From positions 9,456 through 73,455 of the forward strand of contig JAUWOY010000011.1 of NCBI GenBank assembly GCA_030611885.1: DNA of 64,000 nt. The letters run 5' to 3'. Positions 31,237 to 41,420 of this stretch are shown piece by piece. Both the position numbers and the translations under genes were made by a program. The stretch is from Chloroflexota bacterium (GTDB lineage Bacteria; Chloroflexota; Anaerolineae; VGOG01). Position 1 is the first letter of the stretch; each line of letters begins with the position of its first letter. The notes beneath the pieces were generated by a model, which saw nothing but the letters and a program-made list of their open reading frames with translations, searched no databases and was not told the DNA's origin.

Positions 31237-32336
31237 GGGTACTTCAAGTCTACAAAGACTACCACCCCGTCCTGGGCGGGATCGAAAATCACGTCAAGAT
31301 GCTGGCCGAGGGGCTGATCCAGCGGGGCCTCGATGTCCAGGTGCTGGTCACCAACACCGGGCCGAGGACAGCCATCGAGGAAATCGAAGGAGTGCCGGTG
31401 ATCAAGGCCGGCTGCCCCTTTCGTATCTCCGGCGCTCCCATCAGCCCCAGCTTCTACGCCTGGATGCGCCGCCTGAAGCCGGACATTGCCCATCTCCACT
31501 TTCCCAATCCCCCCGGCGAACTGGGCCAGCTCTTCCTGGGGCAAAGCCGAAGATTCGTGCTCACCTATCACAGCGACGTCGTCCGGCAGAAGTATCTGCT
31601 GCGTTTATACAAGCCCTTCCTATGGAAGGTTCTGGCCAAAGCCGATCGCATCATTGCTGCTACCCCTAACCACATCCAAAGCTCTTCCTACCTAAGCCAA
31701 ATGGCTAAGAAGTGCATTATTATTCCTTATGGCATTAACCTGACCCATTTTGAGAACGTGGGAATGGGACAAGTCGAGGTCATTAAGAGACGATATGGCT
31801 GCCCATTGTTACTATTCGTAGGGCGGTTGCGTTACTACAAGGGGCTGCAATACTTACTCGAGGCCATGCGCCAGATTGAGGCCCGGCTTCTGGTGGTGGG
31901 GACAGGGCCTATGGAAAGGGAATGGCGAGCGCTGGCCGAGGAGCTAGGTCTGCAGGACAAAACCTTCTTCCTGGGCGAGGTGCCCGATGAGGAGCTGCCT
32001 CTTTACTATCACGCCTGCGACCTCTTCGTCCTGCCCGCTTCGCACCGCAGCGAGGCCTTCGGCGTGGTGCAGGTAGAGGCCATGGCCTGTGGCAAGCCCA
32101 TAATCTGCACCGAGTTGGGAACGGGCACTTCCTACGTCAATGTCCACGGCGAGACGGGGCTGGTGGTGCCGCCGCGCGATCCAAAAGCCCTGGTCGAGGC
32201 AATCAACCAACTGCTGGCGGACGAGGCATTGCGGAGAAGATTGGGAAAACGAGGAGGGGAGCGAGCAAGAGAGTTTTCCAAGGAAGCGATGGTGGAGAGA
32301 ATTGTGGAGCTATATGAGGAGCTTCTCTCCACTTGA
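31233..32336 (+). CDS. GT4 glycosyltransferase
   Basis: GGIE, HLHFPNP, TYHSD, VGRLRYYKG, RSEAFGVVQVEAM; TTG start. Confidence 0.9.
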   Translation: MRVLQVYKDYHPVLGGIENHVKMLAEGLIQRGLDVQVLVTNTGPRTAIEEIEGVPVIKAGCPFRISGAPISPSFYAWMRRLKPDIAHLHFPNPPGELGQLFLGQSRRFVLTYHSDVVRQKYLLRLYKPFLWKVLAKADRIIAATPNHIQSSSYLSQMAKKCIIIPYGINLTHFENVGMGQVEVIKRRYGCPLLLFVGRLRYYKGLQYLLEAMRQIEARLLVVGTGPMEREWRALAEELGLQDKTFFLGEVPDEELPLYYHACDLFVLPASHRSEAFGVVQVEAMACGKPIICTELGTGTSYVNVHGETGLVVPPRDPKALVEAINQLLADEALRRRLGKRGGERAREFSKEAMVERIVELYEELLST

Positions 32337-32507
32337 TTTTTATCGCTAAATGGGTTAAGATTATGGCGCTGAGGAGGATAAGGGTTCTTGCCGCCCAGAC
32401 CTTGATCGCCAACGTCGAAGGGCTTTATGCTGAGTTGTTGGGGCAGAAAAAAGTCAATTTCCATGAACGATGAGCTTGAAGTACTAAACGGGAAGGAGTA
32501 GAGAACC

Positions 32508-32762
32508 ATGGCACTGAAATTAAAAGCGTGTGACGAGGATATCATCGCCATTCCAAGGTCTATCCTAGAACGCCTGTTGCTAAAAGAGGGCGATAGAGTA
32601 GAGGTTAGGGTAGACACCAGCAGGTTGATCCTCCAGGAGGCGGCAGATAAGCTGGCAGCGCTCAGGCGTTTCCGTGGAATCTGGAAGAACGAAGACGTTG
32701 ACAAGGTCTTCCAAGAGATTGATGAGGAGTGGGATAAGTGGAACGAACGGTTGCATGCGTAG
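32508..32762 (+). CDS. AbrB/MazE-type antitoxin
   Basis: IAIPRSILERLLLKEGDRVEV swapped-hairpin pattern; overlaps the PIN gene. Confidence 0.75.
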   Translation: MALKLKACDEDIIAIPRSILERLLLKEGDRVEVRVDTSRLILQEAADKLAALRRFRGIWKNEDVDKVFQEIDEEWDKWNERLHA

Positions 32763-33139
32763 ATACAGATATTTGTGTGGATTACCTGCGAGGAAAAGCT
32801 CCAAGGTGCACACAGTTCGAGAAGGCGATGGCGAGATTCGATCTCCGCATGACCGCGATCACAGCCTATGAACTGCTCCTAGGACAGTTGCGGATGCGAC
32901 ACAAGCAAGACCTAACGGGCCTTTTGGAAATCGTTCCTGTCATCCCATTCGGGCAATGCGCTGCGGAGGAATCGGCGAAAACTCATTTCACCCTGATGAG
33001 GAAAGGGCAGGAGATTGGATTGCCCGACACGTTGATCGCTGGCATATGCCTGGCAGAGGCCATTCCTTTGCTCACCTACAATTTAGCTCACTTCGAAAGG
33101 GTTGAGGGTTTGAAGGTGATTGATCCCAGCACTTTGTGA
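32738..33139 (+). CDS. vapC: VapC/PIN toxin
   Basis: VDTD, YE, DTLIA, LLTYNLAHF PIN acidic motifs. Confidence 0.85.
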   Translation: MERTVACVDTDICVDYLRGKAPRCTQFEKAMARFDLRMTAITAYELLLGQLRMRHKQDLTGLLEIVPVIPFGQCAAEESAKTHFTLMRKGQEIGLPDTLIAGICLAEAIPLLTYNLAHFERVEGLKVIDPSTL

Positions 33140-33173
33140 AGAAGCATGCTCTACAAAAAGGAGACCCAGTTCT

Positions 33174-34139
33174 ATGAAAATCCTAATCACCGGCGGGGCG
33201 GGCTACATCGGCTCGCACCTGGTGGACGCCCTGATAGCCCAGGGCCACGAGCTCTACGTGGTTGATAACCTCGCCACGGGGAAAATAGATAACATCCAAC
33301 ACCTCCTGGAGAACGAGCACTTTCACTTTGTAAATGACAGTATCCTCAACGAGACTCTGATGGAACGGATCATAGAGCAGGTGGACCTCATCTATCACCT
33401 GGCGGCTGTGGTGGGGGTCAAGCACGTCATTGATAATCCTCTGCGGGGCATTTTGACCAATGTGCGAGGCACCGAGATCGTGCTGGAATTGGCCTACAAG
33501 TACTGGCGAAAGGTGGTCATCGCTTCCAGCTCTGAGGTCTACGGCAAGTCAGAAAAGGCTCCCCTGGCCGAAGAGGACGACAGCATCCTGGGTCCCACGG
33601 CGGTGGGGCGCTGGTCGTATGCTCTGGCCAAAGCCATTGATGAACACCTGGCCTTCATCTATCATGACAAGGGGTTGCCGATCAGCATCGTCCGTTATTT
33701 CAACTCCTACGGCCCTCGCCTCGATCCCAGAGGCTATGGCAGTGTCGTCGCTAAATTCATCAATCAGGCCCTGGCAGGCAAGCCTCTGACGGTTTTCAGC
33801 GACGGGCAGCAAACCCGCTGTTTCACTTACGTTGACGATACCGTCAAGGGGTCCATTCTGGCGGCAAACCTGAAAGGGGCCGAGGGGCAGAGCTTCAACA
33901 TCGGCAATAGTCGGGAAACTACTATTTTGGAACTGGCCCAATTGGTCAAGAAACTGGTCGGCTCGCCTTCGGGGATCGTTCACGTGCCCTACGAGCGGGC
34001 CTACGGCGCCGATTTCGAGGAGACTCGTCGTCGGGTGCCGGATGTGAGAAAGGCCGAGAGGGTGCTGGGCTTTAGAGCCGAGGTGCCTTTGGAAGAGGGT
34101 CTTAGAAAGACTATTGATTGGTTCCAATGTGGGCGGTGA
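33174..34139 (+). CDS. NAD-dependent epimerase/dehydratase (UDP-glucuronate decarboxylase-like SDR)
   Basis: GGAGYIG, ASSSEVYG, WSYALAK, RYFNSYGPR. Confidence 0.9.
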   Translation: MKILITGGAGYIGSHLVDALIAQGHELYVVDNLATGKIDNIQHLLENEHFHFVNDSILNETLMERIIEQVDLIYHLAAVVGVKHVIDNPLRGILTNVRGTEIVLELAYKYWRKVVIASSSEVYGKSEKAPLAEEDDSILGPTAVGRWSYALAKAIDEHLAFIYHDKGLPISIVRYFNSYGPRLDPRGYGSVVAKFINQALAGKPLTVFSDGQQTRCFTYVDDTVKGSILAANLKGAEGQSFNIGNSRETTILELAQLVKKLVGSPSGIVHVPYERAYGADFEETRRRVPDVRKAERVLGFRAEVPLEEGLRKTIDWFQCGR

Positions 34140-37100
34140 GTGATTATGCTTACAAAGATAAGCGTTTTTTGCGACAAGGTTATTGAAGCCGGTTGGCTGG
34201 TGGCCGTTATCGTGGTGCCCCTTTTCTTCAACGTCTTCTCCGACCGCGTTTTCGAGCCCGACAAGCTTACTCTGCTGCGCTCTATCGCCCTGGTGATGGC
34301 CGTCGCCTGGGCCATCAAGGTGCTGGAAGTTGGAAGTTGGAGGTTGGAAGTTGGAAGTTGGAAGTTGAGAACTCCACTGGTTCTCCCCACGCTGCTGCTG
34401 GTGACGGTGTACATACTGGCTACCATCGCCTCTGTGTCTCCCCGAGCCAGCCTCTGGGGCTCTTACCAACGCTTGCAGGGTACCTACACCACCTTCTCGT
34501 ACATTGTGATCTTCTTCCTGGCTCTGCAGGGTCTGCGCACTCGCGAGCAGATCGAACGATTGGTTACCACTGCCATCCTGGTCAGCTTGCCTATCGCTTT
34601 GTATGGAATCCTGCAGCATTATGGTCGAGATCCCTTGCCCTGGGCAGCTTCTGTCACGACTCGCGTAGCCTCCAACATGGGCAATTCCATCTTCGTGGCC
34701 GCCTACCTGATCATGGTGGTTCCCCTTACCCTGGCTCGTGTTGTTGAGACCTTCTCCGCCATTCTGGCCGATGAGGAAGGCATTATCTCCGACGTGGCCC
34801 TGGCGACCTGCCACGTTTTCATTCTGGCTGCTCAGTTGATCTGCATCTTCTTCACTCAGAGTCGTGGTCCTATGTTGGGGTTGCTGGCGGGCTTCTTCAG
34901 CTTTGTGCTGCTGTCACTGACTCTATTGCGCCGACGGGCAGAGGATCAGACCTCGCTCAGCCTCAGCGATGGGATCAAGGCCCTCGCTGCAGTGATCCTC
35001 AGCGGCCTGGTCGGATTTTTAGTAGGCATGGCGGGCGGTGCTCTCCTGGGCAAAATCGGTTTCTTTGGCGGTGCTCCTGACAAGATGCTTCTATCCGCCA
35101 TTGGATTTTTTGTAGGGATAGCGAGCGGGGTGGTTTGTATTGGATTCATGGTCATCCTGCGCAAAGGATGGAAGTGGCTCTGGCTGGCCTGGATCATACA
35201 GGCCCTTGTCCCGCTGGCCTTTTTGATAGTTTTCAATTTGCCTGGCTCCCCCATAGCATCGTGGCGAGACCTACCCTACATCGGCCGCTTGGGACGTGTC
35301 TTCGAGACCGAAACCGGCACTGGCCTGGTACGAGTGCTCATCTGGGAGGGGGCTGTGGATATGGTAACGCCCCACGAGCCCATCCAGCATCCCTCTGGTC
35401 AGCCCGACAGGTTGAACCCTTTGCGGCCTCTCATAGGCTACGGGCCGGAGTCAATGTTTGTGGCCTACAATCGCTTCTATCCGCCAGACCTGGCTCACAT
35501 CGAAGCCCGTAAGGCATCCCCTGATCGTTCCCACAACGAGACCTTCGATGCGCTGATAATCACGGGTCTGGCGGGCTTCGTAGTCTACATCTTGCTCTTT
35601 GGCAGTGTATTCTATTATGGCTACAAGTGGCTGGGGTTGATCGAGAGCTCCAGGCAGCGCAACGTCTTCATTGGCTTATTCCTTGTTGGCGGTCTGGCTG
35701 TTGCTCTTTTCTTTTGGCTCTGGAGAGGGGTCGCGCTCGTGGGTGTGAGCTTGCCGTTAGGTATGGCCTTCGGCCTGGTCGTATACCTGGTCGTGTCCGC
35801 AATTACGTTTTATAACCGGCCAAAAGAGAACCAGGTACAAACCTCCAACTTCCAACCTCCAACTTCTAATCTCCAATCTCCAATCTCCAACCTCCAACCT
35901 CCAACCTCCAACTTCCAATTCCTACTCATCGCTCTGGTATCGGCCTTGCTGGCTCATTTCGTGGAGATCAACCTTGGTATCGCCATCGCCGCCACCCGCA
36001 CCTATTTCTGGGTTTACGCAGCCTTGCTGGTCGCTGCAGGCCACTACCTGGGGACTGCTGAAACGGTTGTGCCTGTTGAGGTGCCAAAGCAGCCTCGCAG
36101 GAAGCGGCATAGAAGCCGGCGAAGTCAGCTCCAGGCCCCCAGCAAGTTATCTTCGCCAGAGATCAAGGCACGAACCTCCAACCTCCAACCTCTAACCTCT
36201 AACCTCCAAGTTATCATCTACTCTTTGTTGATAGGTCTTGTCCTGGTAACCCTGGGGTACGATTACATCACCCCTCAATTCGACATCTCGGCCAGGGGCT
36301 ACAGCTTGCTCTGGCTGCTCGTTCTTACCTGGCTTGTGGGCGGTGCTATAACCGTGGCTCTGACGAGACGTAGCAATTGGCCTTTGGCTTCTCTACTTTA
36401 CTCATTTATCTCCCTGGGGTGTTTTCTCATCTTCTTCGTCATTCGCACTCGTCAGATGCAGATCGGGATCACCGTGACATCCCTGGGCGACTTGCTGAGG
36501 CAAGCCAGTGCCGTGGCCAATGGTCTGGTGCTCTATTATGTCTTTGCTCTACTTCTCCTCCTGGCCATTGCAGGTGCGTTGCTGCCTGGGAGATCATTGC
36601 CCGCCAGCTTTTGGCGGCCCCGCTATGGATGGCTTTATCCCTTTTTGGTGGTCGGGGTCGTGGCCTTGATCTTCACCACCAACCTCAGCGTTATCAGGGC
36701 CGATATCATCTACAAGCACGCCAAATCCTACTTTGGGGCGGGCCAATATGATGCCAGCATCGCCCTCTATCAGCAGGCCGTAAAGCTTGCTCCCAATGAG
36801 GACTATTACTACCTCTTCCTGGGCTCGGCCCTCTTGGAAAAGGCCAAACAGGCGCCAAAGGGGCCAGCCACACTGCCGGAAAACATCAGCGCTGCTGAGC
36901 TACTCTCGTTCACGCCGCAGCAGATTGCCAGCCTGGGCCGCGAAGACATACTGAATGTCAGTCAGGCAGTCCTGGCCGAAGCGCGACGGCTCAACCCGCT
37001 CAACACCGACCACAGCGCTAACCTGGCCCGCCTCAATCGTACTTGGGGCCAGATTGCTTCCGACCCGGCTCGGCGGACCGAGAAGTTGGCCCAAGCTTTA

Positions 37101-37976
37101 GAGTATTACCGTCAAGCGACGAACCTCAGCCCCCAAAACGCCCAGCTCTTCAACGAGTGGGGACAAGTTTATTATATTCTGGGCGATCAGGAGAAGGCTC
37201 TGGAGAGGTATCAACATTCTTTGAGTGTGGATCAGGAGTATCACGAGACCTACATTCTCATAGGCGATCTGTACTTGAATATGAAGGAGCTGGACGAGGC
37301 TGCCGACGCTTACTCCAGGGTCTTAGAGCTAAATCCCGGAATAGTACAGGCTCATAGCTCCCTGGGTTATATCTACTCGCAGCAAGGGAAGCTTCAAGAA
37401 GCTATGGAGGAGAACCTCGAGGTACTGGAGCTAGCTCCCAACGATTACGCCAGCCACAAGAACCTGGCCCTTCTCTATCAGCAGTTGGGGCGAATGGATG
37501 AGGCTGTGGCAGAAGCTCAAATCGCTTTGGAGTTGGCTTCGGAAGGGGATAAAGCCAACCTGGAGGCCTTCATCGCCCAGTTGAGGCCAGGACAGCCCAT
37601 TACCAGTTCGGATGAGGAGTTGATCCAGACCTATCTCTCCGAAGGCCAAACCTACTTGAACGAGAATGACCTGGAACAGGCGGAGAGGGTTTACGCCAGG
37701 GCTCTGGAATTGAACTCCGATATAGTACAGGCCCACAGCGCGCTAGGCTACATTTATGCTCTGCAAGGTAAGCTCCAGGAGGCGCTGGCAGAGAACCTCA
37801 AGGTGCTAGAGTTAGCGCCCCACGATTACGCCACCCACAAGAACCTGGCCATGATCTACCAGCAGTTGGGGCGCCTCGAAGAAGCCATCGTCGAGGCTGA
37901 GACCGCTTTGGAGTTGGCCCCGGAGAGCGACAGGCCAGCACTGGAAGCTTTCATCGCCCAGTTACGACAGCAATGA
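34140..37976 (+). CDS. O-antigen-ligase-like (Wzy_C/O-OTase) polytopic protein fused to a TPR array
   Basis: SLWGSYQRLQG, RVASNMGN, TQSRG, RVLIW, RPLIGYGPE, DRSHNE, AHF; C-terminal TPRs. Confidence 0.85.
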   Translation: MIMLTKISVFCDKVIEAGWLVAVIVVPLFFNVFSDRVFEPDKLTLLRSIALVMAVAWAIKVLEVGSWRLEVGSWKLRTPLVLPTLLLVTVYILATIASVSPRASLWGSYQRLQGTYTTFSYIVIFFLALQGLRTREQIERLVTTAILVSLPIALYGILQHYGRDPLPWAASVTTRVASNMGNSIFVAAYLIMVVPLTLARVVETFSAILADEEGIISDVALATCHVFILAAQLICIFFTQSRGPMLGLLAGFFSFVLLSLTLLRRRAEDQTSLSLSDGIKALAAVILSGLVGFLVGMAGGALLGKIGFFGGAPDKMLLSAIGFFVGIASGVVCIGFMVILRKGWKWLWLAWIIQALVPLAFLIVFNLPGSPIASWRDLPYIGRLGRVFETETGTGLVRVLIWEGAVDMVTPHEPIQHPSGQPDRLNPLRPLIGYGPESMFVAYNRFYPPDLAHIEARKASPDRSHNETFDALIITGLAGFVVYILLFGSVFYYGYKWLGLIESSRQRNVFIGLFLVGGLAVALFFWLWRGVALVGVSLPLGMAFGLVVYLVVSAITFYNRPKENQVQTSNFQPPTSNLQSPISNLQPPTSNFQFLLIALVSALLAHFVEINLGIAIAATRTYFWVYAALLVAAGHYLGTAETVVPVEVPKQPRRKRHRSRRSQLQAPSKLSSPEIKARTSNLQPLTSNLQVIIYSLLIGLVLVTLGYDYITPQFDISARGYSLLWLLVLTWLVGGAITVALTRRSNWPLASLLYSFISLGCFLIFFVIRTRQMQIGITVTSLGDLLRQASAVANGLVLYYVFALLLLLAIAGALLPGRSLPASFWRPRYGWLYPFLVVGVVALIFTTNLSVIRADIIYKHAKSYFGAGQYDASIALYQQAVKLAPNEDYYYLFLGSALLEKAKQAPKGPATLPENISAAELLSFTPQQIASLGREDILNVSQAVLAEARRLNPLNTDHSANLARLNRTWGQIASDPARRTEKLAQALEYYRQATNLSPQNAQLFNEWGQVYYILGDQEKALERYQHSLSVDQEYHETYILIGDLYLNMKELDEAADAYSRVLELNPGIVQAHSSLGYIYSQQGKLQEAMEENLEVLELAPNDYASHKNLALLYQQLGRMDEAVAEAQIALELASEGDKANLEAFIAQLRPGQPITSSDEELIQTYLSEGQTYLNENDLEQAERVYARALELNSDIVQAHSALGYIYALQGKLQEALAENLKVLELAPHDYATHKNLAMIYQQLGRLEEAIVEAETALELAPESDRPALEAFIAQLRQQ
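34324..34365 (+). repeat. Heptamer array TGGAAGT x6
   Basis: Encodes LEVGSWRLEVGSWKL. Confidence 0.95.
35841..35917 (+). repeat. Heptamer array ACCTCCA/ACTTCCA/ATCTCCA x11
   Basis: Encodes TSNFQPPTSNLQSPISNLQPPTSNFQ; the unit is the reverse complement of the 34324 unit. Confidence 0.95.
36174..36208 (+). repeat. Heptamer array ACCTC(C/T)A x5
   Basis: Encodes TSNLQPLTSNLQ. Confidence 0.9.
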
Positions 37977-37977
37977 G

Positions 37978-38019
37978 AAATCCAAAACCCAAAGTTCAAA
38001 ATCCAAAGTCTGAAATCCA
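37978..38019 (+). repeat. Intergenic heptamer array AAATCCA-type x6
   Basis: AAATCCA AAACCCA AAGTTCA AAATCCA AAGTCTG AAATCCA. Confidence 0.8.
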
Positions 38020-38031
38020 AAGAGGACTAAT

Positions 38032-39033
38032 ATGACTAACTACATGCTCATCCTCGTCACCGCCCTGCTCTTCGCCATTGGCGTCACGCCCCTCGCCAGG
38101 CGACTCGCTCCACGCCTGGGAGTGATGGATCGGCCCAGCGCTCGCAAGATCCACACCAAGGCCATGCCCCGCCTGGGAGGGGTAGCCATCTACCTGGCTT
38201 TTATCCTGGCCCTCCTCCTCTGCGGGGATCGCCATTACATCTCGCAGTTGGTGAGCATCCTCCTGGGGGCTACCCTGGTCTCTTTCTGCGGCATCTGGGA
38301 TGACCGCTGGGGTATGCGTCCCTTGTTCAAATTGGGGATCGGCCAGCCCCTGGCCGCGCTTATTCTCATTGCCTCAGACATCAGGGTCAGCTTCCTGCCC
38401 TACCCCATCCTCAACATCCTGGTAACCATCATCTGGGTGGTGGGGATCACCAGCGCCTTGAATCTGCTGGACAACATGGATGGACTCTCCGCTGGAGTGG
38501 CTACCGTCGCCTCCGCCTTCTTCCTCCTGCTGGCGGCCATGAGCGGGCAGTATCTGGTGGGCAGCCTGGCGGCGGCCCTTCTTGGGGCTTGTTTGGGTTT
38601 CATCTTCTATAACTTCAACCCGGCCAGCATCTTCATGGGGGATACGGGCAGCCTCTTCATCGGCTTCATCCTGGCCGCCGTGGGGATCAAGCTGCGCTTC
38701 CCTGGCAGGATGAACATCGTCACCTGGATGATCCCGGTGCTCGTCCTGGGGGTACCTATCTTCGACACCACCCTGGTAGTGGTCTCACGCCTACGCCGGG
38801 GCCTCAACCCCACCACTCATCCTGGCAAAGACCACTTCTCCCATCGGTTGGTAGCTCTGGGTTTAAGCCAGCGGGAGGCGGTGATGGCTATCTACTTGAT
38901 CTGCGGGGCATTGGGCGTGTTGGCCCTCTTCCTGACCCAGGCCAGCATTGCTGAGGGATATGTCATCGGAGCAGTGGTGATTCTCGTGGGCCTGTTTGGG
39001 CTGTGGAAGTTAGAGCGAGTTAAAGGACTATAG
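38032..39033 (+). CDS. Undecaprenyl-phosphate GlcNAc-1-P transferase (WecA/TagO, MraY family)
   Basis: [31 protein letters not shown]. Confidence 0.9.
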   Translation: MTNYMLILVTALLFAIGVTPLARRLAPRLGVMDRPSARKIHTKAMPRLGGVAIYLAFILALLLCGDRHYISQLVSILLGATLVSFCGIWDDRWGMRPLFKLGIGQPLAALILIASDIRVSFLPYPILNILVTIIWVVGITSALNLLDNMDGLSAGVATVASAFFLLLAAMSGQYLVGSLAAALLGACLGFIFYNFNPASIFMGDTGSLFIGFILAAVGIKLRFPGRMNIVTWMIPVLVLGVPIFDTTLVVVSRLRRGLNPTTHPGKDHFSHRLVALGLSQREAVMAIYLICGALGVLALFLTQASIAEGYVIGAVVILVGLFGLWKLERVKGL

Positions 39034-39037
39034 TGAG

Positions 39038-39757
39038 ATGGTGCAAACACACATGAAAATGGAGAAGACCCCTCGTCACATAGGCATCGTTATGGACGGC
39101 AACGGACGTTGGGCCAAAGAACGAAAATTGCCGCGCTTGATGGGGCATCGAGCGGGCACGGAGAACACTCGTCGGGTGCTCAGGGCTTGTGGGGAGTTCG
39201 GGATCGAGATCGTGACCCTCTATGGCTTCTCCACGGAGAACTGGCGGCGACCGAAGAATGAAGTGAACGGACTGTTTAGCATTTTCGAGAGCGCTATTGA
39301 CCGGGAGGTGCCGGAACTACACCGAAATGGCGTTCGCCTGCGCCATCTTGGCCGCACGGAGAGGTTGCCGGGGAGATTGGTCAAAAAGATAGAGCGCGCG
39401 GTGGAGTTGACCAAAGACAACGATCGGTTGGCTCTTAACCTGGCCTTCAACTATGGCGGGCGGGCGGAGATCGTGGATGCCACGCGGCGTATCATAGCTG
39501 AGGGAATAGACCCCGCAGCCATAGACGAAGAGCTCTTTGCCAGCTATCTCTACACGGCTGGCCTGCCCGATCTCGATCTGTTCATTCGCACCGGCGGCGA
39601 GATGCGTCTCTCCAACTTCCTCCTCTGGCAGACGGCCTACGCTGAGTACTACACCACTCCCACCTACTGGCCCGACTTCGACGAGGCAGAGCTTGAGAAA
39701 GCCCTGCTTGCCTATAGCCAGCGGACGAGAAAGTTTGGTAGGCTGATTGAAGAATAG
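39038..39757 (+). CDS. uppS: Undecaprenyl diphosphate synthase
   Basis: [37 protein letters not shown]. Confidence 0.95.
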   Translation: MVQTHMKMEKTPRHIGIVMDGNGRWAKERKLPRLMGHRAGTENTRRVLRACGEFGIEIVTLYGFSTENWRRPKNEVNGLFSIFESAIDREVPELHRNGVRLRHLGRTERLPGRLVKKIERAVELTKDNDRLALNLAFNYGGRAEIVDATRRIIAEGIDPAAIDEELFASYLYTAGLPDLDLFIRTGGEMRLSNFLLWQTAYAEYYTTPTYWPDFDEAELEKALLAYSQRTRKFGRLIEE

Positions 39758-40319
39758 AATCACGCAAGAAGCAGCGCAAAGAAAGAGAATATATCAACGG
39801 CTTGGGGCAGTGGTGTTCGCTGTCGCCATCACCTTGGCCATCGCTGCCTTTCACGATGAGCTAGCCCGGTTTGAGCGCTATGGCTATCCTGGCGTTTTTT
39901 TCATCAGTTTGCTGGGAAACGCCACCGTGATTTTTCCTGCCCCTAGCCTGGCGGTGGTTTTCGGCATGGGCGGAGTATTGAATCCCCTCTTCGTTGGGCT
40001 GGTAGCCGGCGTCGGCGAGGCCCTGGGCGAACTGACGGGTTATCTGGCCGGCTACGGGGGTCGAGCCGTGATCGAGGACTGGGAGATGTACGAGTGGCTG
40101 GAGAGATGGATGCAGCGCAATGGCTCAGCCACCATCTTCGTTCTCTCGGCCATTCCCAACCCCATCTTCGACCTGGCGGGCATCGCCGCTGGCGCTCTGC
40201 ACTTTCCGCTGGCGCAGTTCCTGCTGAGTTGCTGGGTGGGGAAGACCATCAAAACCACCTTCTTCGCCTTTGCCGGCGCGCAATTCATCAACACCATTGA
40301 AAGCTTGTTCGGTGCTTGA
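39747..40319 (+). CDS. VTT/DedA-family membrane protein
   Basis: [26 protein letters not shown]. Confidence 0.8.
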   Translation: MKNRITQEAAQRKRIYQRLGAVVFAVAITLAIAAFHDELARFERYGYPGVFFISLLGNATVIFPAPSLAVVFGMGGVLNPLFVGLVAGVGEALGELTGYLAGYGGRAVIEDWEMYEWLERWMQRNGSATIFVLSAIPNPIFDLAGIAAGALHFPLAQFLLSCWVGKTIKTTFFAFAGAQFINTIESLFGA

Positions 40320-40344
40320 CATTTTCTGGGGTATGGGTTAGAAT
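40316..40344 (+). promoter_or_regulatory. Sigma70-type promoter
   Basis: TTGACA-N17-TAGAAT. Confidence 0.65.
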
Positions 40345-40462
40345 CATTAAAGAGGCAGGGATGACAAGCAAATACTTTCCGCCTGGATAGGATGAAGAAC
40401 GAGTGCGTCGAGTTCTTGCCCATTGCGAAACTCAAACAGAAGAGGAAGCTGTCACCGAAGAG

Positions 40463-40993
40463 ATGAGAGAGCTTTTGAGGAAGGAAGTTAAAACACAATA
40501 CGAGCACGTTATCCTCAACGGAGATAATGTGCCAGTCATTGCTGGAACAAACATGAAGGTGATCGAGCTCGTCCTGGGCAGAATGGCCTATGGCTGGAGT
40601 CCAGAGGAGGTGCATTTCCAGCATCCCTACTTGACGCTGGGTCAAATCTACTCAGCCTTGGCCTACTATTGGGACCATCAGGAAGAACTCGACCGAGACA
40701 TTGAGCGGCGGCTTCAGTTTGTTGATCAAGCTCAGCGAGCGCAAGAGCCTTTGAGGAGGTTCACGATGGGAGAGGTGATGACTTTACTGGAAATCCAAAG
40801 CTGTTTCGATGCCGAATGGGTGTTGATAGAAAACCCAGAGGTCACAGAGTCGCTACAAGTGAAACATGGAAAGGTCTTGTGGCACAGCAAGGATAGAGAC
40901 GAAGTCTACCACAAGGCCAGGGAGCTTCGGCCCAAACACTCAGCTATTCTCTACACAGGTCGCTTGCCGGAAGGCACAGTGGTGGTGCTATGA
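40463..40993 (+). CDS. DUF433 domain fused in-frame to a small protein of the kind found upstream of aspartyl proteases (internal start 40766)
   Basis: PVIAGTNMKV…SPEEV…QIYSALAYY (DUF433); AGGAGG RBS at 40754 before the internal ATG 40766. Confidence 0.65.
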   Translation: MRELLRKEVKTQYEHVILNGDNVPVIAGTNMKVIELVLGRMAYGWSPEEVHFQHPYLTLGQIYSALAYYWDHQEELDRDIERRLQFVDQAQRAQEPLRRFTMGEVMTLLEIQSCFDAEWVLIENPEVTESLQVKHGKVLWHSKDRDEVYHKARELRPKHSAILYTGRLPEGTVVVL

Positions 40994-41373
40994 GTCTCTC
41001 GTTTGATCCGCAAGCAGGCTTGATTGTTGTGCCAGTTCGCCTTTGGGGGCCTGCTGGGGATACCATTGCACATCTGGCCATGGACACAGGTGCCACGGGA
41101 TCGCTGGTGAACTGGGACATCGCTGTATTGTTGGGATACGATCCGGCTGCTACCAGGGAGCGAATTCGAGTGACGACTGGAAGCAGCGTTGAGTTCGCCC
41201 CCCAAATCGTGGTGCAAAGAGTTGAGGCGCTTGGGAGAGAGCGGACAGACTTTCCCATCGTTTGCCACACCCTCCCGCCAAGTGCAGCCGTTGATGGAGT
41301 GCTTGGTCTCGACTTTTTCCGAGGTACTCGCTTGGTGCTGGACTTTCGCAAGGGTCTGGTGACGGTTGATTAG
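40990..41373 (+). CDS. Retropepsin-like (clan AA) aspartic protease
   Basis: AMDTGAT catalytic motif; DGVLGLDF. Confidence 0.85.
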   Translation: MSLSFDPQAGLIVVPVRLWGPAGDTIAHLAMDTGATGSLVNWDIAVLLGYDPAATRERIRVTTGSSVEFAPQIVVQRVEALGRERTDFPIVCHTLPPSAAVDGVLGLDFFRGTRLVLDFRKGLVTVD

Positions 41374-41420
41374 AGAGCTGTTTCAGCCAGGGCGGGGCCG
41401 CTAGCCGAAAATCTGATAAG

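Noticed and set aside
34324-36208. Heptamer arrays or the rpsP tail as a CRISPR array
   Set aside because: No repeat-unique spacer alternation, units too short, and no cas genes.
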